A DNA stretch of 36,242 nucleotides from a bacterium (GTDB taxonomy: Bacteria > Patescibacteriota > Microgenomatia > Daviesbacterales > UBA10151): positions 166,160 to 202,401 of the forward strand of contig JAJYNN010000002.1 in NCBI GenBank assembly GCA_021786315.1, given 5' to 3'. A program made the position numbers and the translations under genes. The notes under the pieces are model-generated. The model searched no databases. It saw only the letters and a program-made list of their open reading frames with translations, and had not been told where the DNA came from. This document shows, piece by piece, positions 31,484 through 36,242 of this stretch. How positions within the stretch are numbered: position 1 is the first letter of the stretch; each line of letters starts with the position of its first letter.

Positions 31484-34400
31484 TCATGGATTTCCTCCTG
31501 TTGTTGGGCCGTAACGGACCGCAAAGCCCTCGTTGTAAACATTCTTAATTTGGGTAGCAGTTAAGGCATAGTTGTAAAACCTGACATCATCAATCTGGCC
31601 ATTGAAGTAGCTGTTCATTGTGCCTGTATTCCCGATATGGAAGTGGGTGTAAGAGAAGTTGCCGGAAGTTTGGGAGTCGGAAGTATCCAAAACACCGTTA
31701 ATATATAGCTTCCTTGAGGAATTGGGGGAATCCTGGATCGCCGCAAAATTGTACCAGGTGCTGTTTGAAACTGTTTTGTTGCTGCACAATTCATGGTCAC
31801 CCGCATTATAAATATGCATGCATAACTTATTGCTCCCATTAACATAAACCCTAAAGTTATAGTCATTATTGGCATCGGGGGAGTCGGAAATAATTGTTCT
31901 CAAGCCTGAGCCTGCCGCATAAAACCACCCGGTGGCGGAATAAGTCTGGGTGGAGGCATTGGTGGAGGGGCCGGAGGTATTAACATAATCATCAGTGCCG
32001 TCAAAGTTAAGTGATGCTCCGTATTTGCCGTTTCTGCCGGTATACCAGGCGGTGGTGCCGGAAGATGAGCAGGTTCCGGCACTAGTTTGAGTGCCTGTAC
32101 CGCCGATACTAATTGATCCGCTGTAGCCGTTACCTGAAGCATCATTGGCTGTTAGTCCCTGGCATTCATTAAACTTCCACCAGGCCAAAGGCCCACCCTT
32201 ATTGTAGTCATAGGCCACCTGGGCAGCAGTCCGGGCATAATTAAATATCCTGATTCCGTCAAGTTGACCATTAAGAGGATAGGCTGACCCAGCTACATCT
32301 CTGCCAAGATATAAAGTATTGTTATTAGTACCAAAAGAAACAGTGGCGCTGGTATTGGTGGTTTGTAAAACTCCGTCAACGTAAATTTTCATAGTATCGC
32401 TGGTGTCGTCAAAGGTGCCTGCCACATAGTGCCATTTACCATCAGCTACAGAAGTTGTACCATCAGTATAATAAACTGAAGTAGTTGCCCACGCAGCTCC
32501 TGTCCCAATGAGCATTGTTATAGATCCGTTTACGGCTCCGCCTACATCAGCAGAACTAACAACACTTAGCTGATAAGCATTAGTTTTTCTGGCAACTACC
32601 TGAGTGCTGGTGGAATTTGTTTTTACCCAACCTTCTATTGTTATACCTCCGGTTATATCAAGGTCGTTGATGGCAACCGAATCATCTGTGCCATTGAAGT
32701 TTCCTGCCCAACCGGATTTTCCTGGTACCCAGTGTTTAGTGCCGGTTCCGTTCCAGGCTCCGTCATTACCGTTGCCGGAAGTGTCACAAACATCATTTGA
32801 GCCTCCGGCGCAGGTATTATCCCGGCCTTCGTTAAAGTTCCATTCAGCAACCGGCGCCGCACAGGAAGTGGAATCCCCGGGCACGCAATATTCCTGGTTG
32901 GCAGCGCCCTGGGCGTAAGTTGTATTAGTCCCGCCGGCCCCCAGCGTTATGCTTTTACCCTGGTTCATATCCAGTTTGACCTCATCGGCAGTTAGGGGAT
33001 ACTCATAAACTTTAACCTCATCGGCTGATCCCACCAGGTAGTTGCTGGCTACCCAGGAATCCCGGCCTATCTTTAAGGATGACTGGTACTGGGTGGTTTC
33101 TGTGGCCTGCATGTTAGAAAACGTCCGGGTTTCACAAAGCTTGCCGTTTAAGTAGAGGGACATGGTTTGGCCGCTCCAATCCCTGACGGCGGCAATGTGC
33201 ACCCATTGGCTGGTATATCCCGAGTAATTACATTGGGCGTAGCCGACTGTTCCGCTTCCTACGAATTGATAGTCAAAATTAATATACCCGGATTTGGCTC
33301 CCCACCATTGGTTAATTGAATAAAATCCGATATTCCAGCCACGGGAGCCGGCTCCCCAGGCGCCTTCGGAAAGGACGGTTTCTCCGGTGGTGGCGCTGCC
33401 GACATTTATCCAGAATGTGGCGGAGAAGCTTTTTTGGGTAAAGAGGTTGGTGGGTTCGGAAGTGTCAACATAATCCCCGCCGTCAAAACTTAAGGCCCTG
33501 CCGTATTTGGCGTTGGGAGTCCAGGCCGGGTCATCGGTGGAGGCGTTAGCGTCTGCACCCCGGGTTCCGTTGTATCCCGATCCGGCGCTGCCAGCATTAT
33601 TGACAACTTGTCCCTGGCCCTCGTCAAACTTCCACCAGGTAGCAGGTGAACCCACAGGTGAGCCAACAGAGGGATGCCCTCCGTTCATATCCGAGACAAT
33701 TTGTTTTGGTGTCCGGGCATAGTTATAAATTTTCAAGTCATCAATTAGGCCGTTAAAATAACTCCAGCCGCTACTTGATGGAGAATAATATCCAATGACA
33801 GCATTTCCTGAATTACTGACACTACTAGTTACAGTAGTGATGCTTTGAGGTGTGCCGTTTGGGGAACCGTCAACGTAAACAGCGCTGTTACCGCTTCTGT
33901 CAAATGTAGCTGTTATGTGATGCCATTTACCGTCTGTGACTGTGGAGGAGGATTTGGTGGTAACGGCAGTGGTACCGTCTTTGACAAATGCCCAAACAAG
34001 ATTATCGTTGCCAACCCCAAGCAGATATCCGGTATTACCATCTGATGATCTTTTATCAATAATATCTTGGTAGGCTCCTGTGGCGCTGGTTTTGATCCAG
34101 GCGGAGATGGTAAAACTACTAATGCCAAAATCCAGGCTACCGTTTGCTGGATCAGTCACATCTACATGGTCGTCTGTGCCGTTAAAACTACAGCTCCCAC
34201 CATATTTTCCGGGAGATTTCGAACAGTCAATACCTGTGCCGGCAGTTGTCCCATTGTTGCCGTTACCTGAAGAATCAACAATGGTTTTGGAGGCCCCTTT
34301 TATTCCATCATCCATCTTCCAATAACCAACAGGTCCCGGTGCCCAATTGTAGAGGTTGGAAACCTCAGAAGGGGAGAGGGCCCGGTTATAAATGCGGATC

Positions 34401-36242
34401 TCATCCATTAGACCAGTAAAACCGTATCTGCCGTTATATCCGTCTTCCCCGATATATACATCGGAACTGGATGTGGCGATTGTGGAAATTGATCCTGTTA
34501 GGGTACCGGCCTGGTTAACTCCATTAAAGTAAATGTTGGACACCCCGTTATTAAAAGTTGCGACTATGTGGGTCCAGGTAGAGAGTGGAAGAGTGGAGGT
34601 GGTGGTGAGGTTTTGCTTGGTATCTACTCCATTACTTAAAGATAAAGTAACTGTTTTATCACTTTCGACACGCAGCTCATATTGGCTGCCGGAATATCCT
34701 CCAGCGATTGTTCCTTTGGTGAGAATACCGGCTTTACTGGAAGGAGCGCTCGTCAAATTAACCCAGGCAGAAAGGGTGACTTGAGAGGTTGGAGTATTTA
34801 AGCTGTCACTGCTTGTGACCTGAACATACTGGCCATTAGTGTCTGTAGGATAGGCTCCGTCTCCGGTAAAACTCCCCCCGTTGCCAAATTCACCGGTAGC
34901 GGTAGTGGGGATGCCGTTGCCTGTGCCGGTTTGTTTGGCCTGACCGTTGTTGCCGTTGCCGGAGGAATCAATGACTTCCCCGGTAGTGCCATTCCAGGAA
35001 GCCTCATCCATCTTCCAGTAACCCACCAGGCCGTTGGAAAGGTAATCCTGGGTTTTGGCACCTAAAACTGTGCTGGTCCCGGCATGGTTGGCAGCTCCCA
35101 TCTTCCCGGCATCATAATCTGTCTTAACCTGGGCTGCACTCCGGGCATAGGGATAAACTTTGGGTTCGTCAATGAAACCGCCGAAGAAATATGCCCCCGG
35201 AGCCGAGGTGACGGTAGCTCTGGTTGCGATAGTAAAAGGCTCAGTGGTGGTGACCTGGGTGCCGCTGAAAGTAGCCGTTGTTTCACCAACCTTGCCGTTG
35301 ACATAAACCCTTAAGGTAGTGCCGTCAAAATCCCCGACCACATAAGCCCAGTTGTTCAAGGATAAAGCCCCGGTGTATTTGGCGATATAGACCGTTGTGC
35401 CGGTATTGACGGTTAAAAACTCTACGTCCGTTCCGTTAGTGCGGAGTTCGTATTGGGTTCCGGCGGTATTCCCGTTACTTTTGGCCATGATGACATGGTA
35501 GGAGGTGAGGTTGGTGGGCCTAATCCAGGCGCTTAAGGTTATGGCTCCGGTAACATTTAAGCTTGAACCGGTGCCGGCATTAATATAGTTACGTGTCCCG
35601 TCAAAGCTTAAGCATTTTCCGGAAATACACTGGCTTTCCGGCTGCCAGGTGGCACCAATAATTTGGCCATCATTGCCATAATCACAAGTGGAGGTGGAAG
35701 CGTGAGCAGTCCCATTCCATTTGTGTAGACCATTGCCGGTCAAGGATCCATCACAATAGGGAGTAGCGGATGAGGCTTGTTCCAACTGGACTCCGTCAAG
35801 ATAAATAGTTCCTGCATAAGTGCCTCTGGTATTGATATATATCACCACACTCGTATCTGTTGCCCCGGTGGTAAAAGTTACGGTTTTTTTAGTCCAGGCG
35901 CTGGTGGCGGAGAAATTATTGCTATCGGAGAGGATGTTACTGCTGCTGCCGTTAACCTGGATTTTAAAGTAACCATTAGGATCTTTATAAAATGTAGTAA
36001 AAGTGTAGGTGGTGTTTATGGAGGTGGAAATTGATACATAAGTTCCTTTATAGGCAGTAGCCGGGGATAAGGTGACACTCATAGCATAGTTTCCAAAAAG
36101 GCCGCCGCTGACTTGGGCAATACTGGAGTTGGCGCTGTCAGTATTCCATCCTGTTGTATTTGTTTCAAAAGAAGGGTTAGTAACTAAGTTGGTGGTAGTC
36201 CCGGTTTTTTGCCAAGCGGTGTTTTTGGCGGCATAACCTTGT
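31484..36242 (-). CDS. Giant surface protein G2 (5' end outside the window): CBM4_9-like N-terminal region plus six LamG repeats, colinear paralog of G1
   Basis: The frame stays open upstream of the listed ATG through base 36241 (..NLVTNPSFETNTTGWNTDSANSSIAQVSGGLFGNYAMSVTL..). Six LamG repeat ends (e.g. MDEIRIYNRALSPSEVSNLY) occur in the same order as G1 repeats 2-7. Confidence 0.88.
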   Translation of the reverse strand, partial: QGYAAKNTAWQKTGTTTNLVTNPSFETNTTGWNTDSANSSIAQVSGGLFGNYAMSVTLSPATAYKGTYVSISTSINTTYTFTTFYKDPNGYFKIQVNGSSSNILSDSNNFSATSAWTKKTVTFTTGATDTSVVIYINTRGTYAGTIYLDGVQLEQASSATPYCDGSLTGNGLHKWNGTAHASTSTCDYGNDGQIIGATWQPESQCISGKCLSFDGTRNYINAGTGSSLNVTGAITLSAWIRPTNLTSYHVIMAKSNGNTAGTQYELRTNGTDVEFLTVNTGTTVYIAKYTGALSLNNWAYVVGDFDGTTLRVYVNGKVGETTATFSGTQVTTTEPFTIATRATVTSAPGAYFFGGFIDEPKVYPYARSAAQVKTDYDAGKMGAANHAGTSTVLGAKTQDYLSNGLVGYWKMDEASWNGTTGEVIDSSGNGNNGQAKQTGTGNGIPTTATGEFGNGGSFTGDGAYPTDTNGQYVQVTSSDSLNTPTSQVTLSAWVNLTSAPSSKAGILTKGTIAGGYSGSQYELRVESDKTVTLSLSNGVDTKQNLTTTSTLPLSTWTHIVATFNNGVSNIYFNGVNQAGTLTGSISTIATSSSDVYIGEDGYNGRYGFTGLMDEIRIYNRALSPSEVSNLYNWAPGPVGYWKMDDGIKGASKTIVDSSGNGNNGTTAGTGIDCSKSPGKYGGSCSFNGTDDHVDVTDPANGSLDFGISSFTISAWIKTSATGAYQDIIDKRSSDGNTGYLLGVGNDNLVWAFVKDGTTAVTTKSSSTVTDGKWHHITATFDRSGNSAVYVDGSPNGTPQSITTVTSSVSNSGNAVIGYYSPSSSGWSYFNGLIDDLKIYNYARTPKQIVSDMNGGHPSVGSPVGSPATWWKFDEGQGQVVNNAGSAGSGYNGTRGADANASTDDPAWTPNAKYGRALSFDGGDYVDTSEPTNLFTQKSFSATFWINVGSATTGETVLSEGAWGAGSRGWNIGFYSINQWWGAKSGYINFDYQFVGSGTVGYAQCNYSGYTSQWVHIAAVRDWSGQTMSLYLNGKLCETRTFSNMQATETTQYQSSLKIGRDSWVASNYLVGSADEVKVYEYPLTADEVKLDMNQGKSITLGAGGTNTTYAQGAANQEYCVPGDSTSCAAPVAEWNFNEGRDNTCAGGSNDVCDTSGNGNDGAWNGTGTKHWVPGKSGWAGNFNGTDDSVAINDLDITGGITIEGWVKTNSTSTQVVARKTNAYQLSVVSSADVGGAVNGSITMLIGTGAAWATTSVYYTDGTTSVADGKWHYVAGTFDDTSDTMKIYVDGVLQTTNTSATVSFGTNNNTLYLGRDVAGSAYPLNGQLDGIRIFNYARTAAQVAYDYNKGGPLAWWKFNECQGLTANDASGNGYSGSISIGGTGTQTSAGTCSSSGTTAWYTGRNGKYGASLNFDGTDDYVNTSGPSTNASTQTYSATGWFYAAGSGLRTIISDSPDANNDYNFRVYVNGSNKLCMHIYNAGDHELCSNKTVSNSTWYNFAAIQDSPNSSRKLYINGVLDTSDSQTSGNFSYTHFHIGNTGTMNSYFNGQIDDVRFYNYALTATQIKNVYNEGFAVRYGPTTGGNP

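Noticed and set aside
27828-34368. Near-identical tracts between G1 and G2, considered as a diversity-generating retroelement TR/VR pair
   Set aside because: There is no reverse transcriptase in the window. The tracts are short (27-37 nt) and lie at conserved linkers. The surrounding mismatches are not restricted to adenine positions, so paralog homology or gene conversion explains them.
25682-36082. Dozens of 60-125-aa ORFs in other frames inside the two giant LamG genes
   Set aside because: All are embedded in, or antisense to, a continuous 1.5-1.8 k-codon frame with clear LamG repeat periodicity.

Overview
The window looks like a fragment from a small-genome, moderately AT-rich bacterium. 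Candidate Phyla Radiation/Patescibacteria is my guess from gene content and intergenic style; it is an inference and I did not search. It uses the standard genetic code: TGA is a stop at 12944-12946.

Gene layout:
- Bases 1-22332 are almost entirely plus-strand. In order: radA (5' truncated), a cupin, a LytR_C-domain membrane protein, and an operon of a REC-only response regulator, two small proteins and a histidine kinase. Then come a YacL-like PIN/TRAM protein, a 1-kb noncoding region, and a 7.8-kb block of seven secreted/membrane protein genes. That block holds four LPxTG paralogs alternating with three unrelated-looking membrane partners. After it come a minus-strand PAP2-like gene, an exported hypothetical, rho, a LysM/M23 peptidase, a class-A beta-lactamase-like hydrolase and two tandem tRNA-Ala genes.
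- Bases 22402-36242 are minus-strand. They hold an O-antigen-ligase-like/TPR membrane protein, an HUH/Y1 (IS200-like or RAYT-like) transposase flanked by REP-like hairpins, and two giant colinear LamG-repeat surface proteins. The second giant runs off the window. A low-GC four-helix-bundle gene separates the two giants.
- I saw no rRNA genes, CRISPR array, reverse transcriptase or sortase.

Most interesting signals:
1. Three divergent copies of a 194-259 nt intergenic element whose helices are kept by compensatory base changes. This is a candidate new structured RNA or structured mobile element.
2. The LPxTG family, which has a fixed-length sorting region ending in a conserved [FY][IL]WQ[KS]R[ED]F tail, and its alternating cassette layout.
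3. A promoter-headed 1-kb noncoding region packed with long hairpins.
4. A REP-like AAGGTGACGCC repeat family tied to the Y1 transposase.
5. Recurrent AT-rich AATTTTCAA word blocks at gene boundaries.

All identifications are by eye from motifs; no database search was possible.
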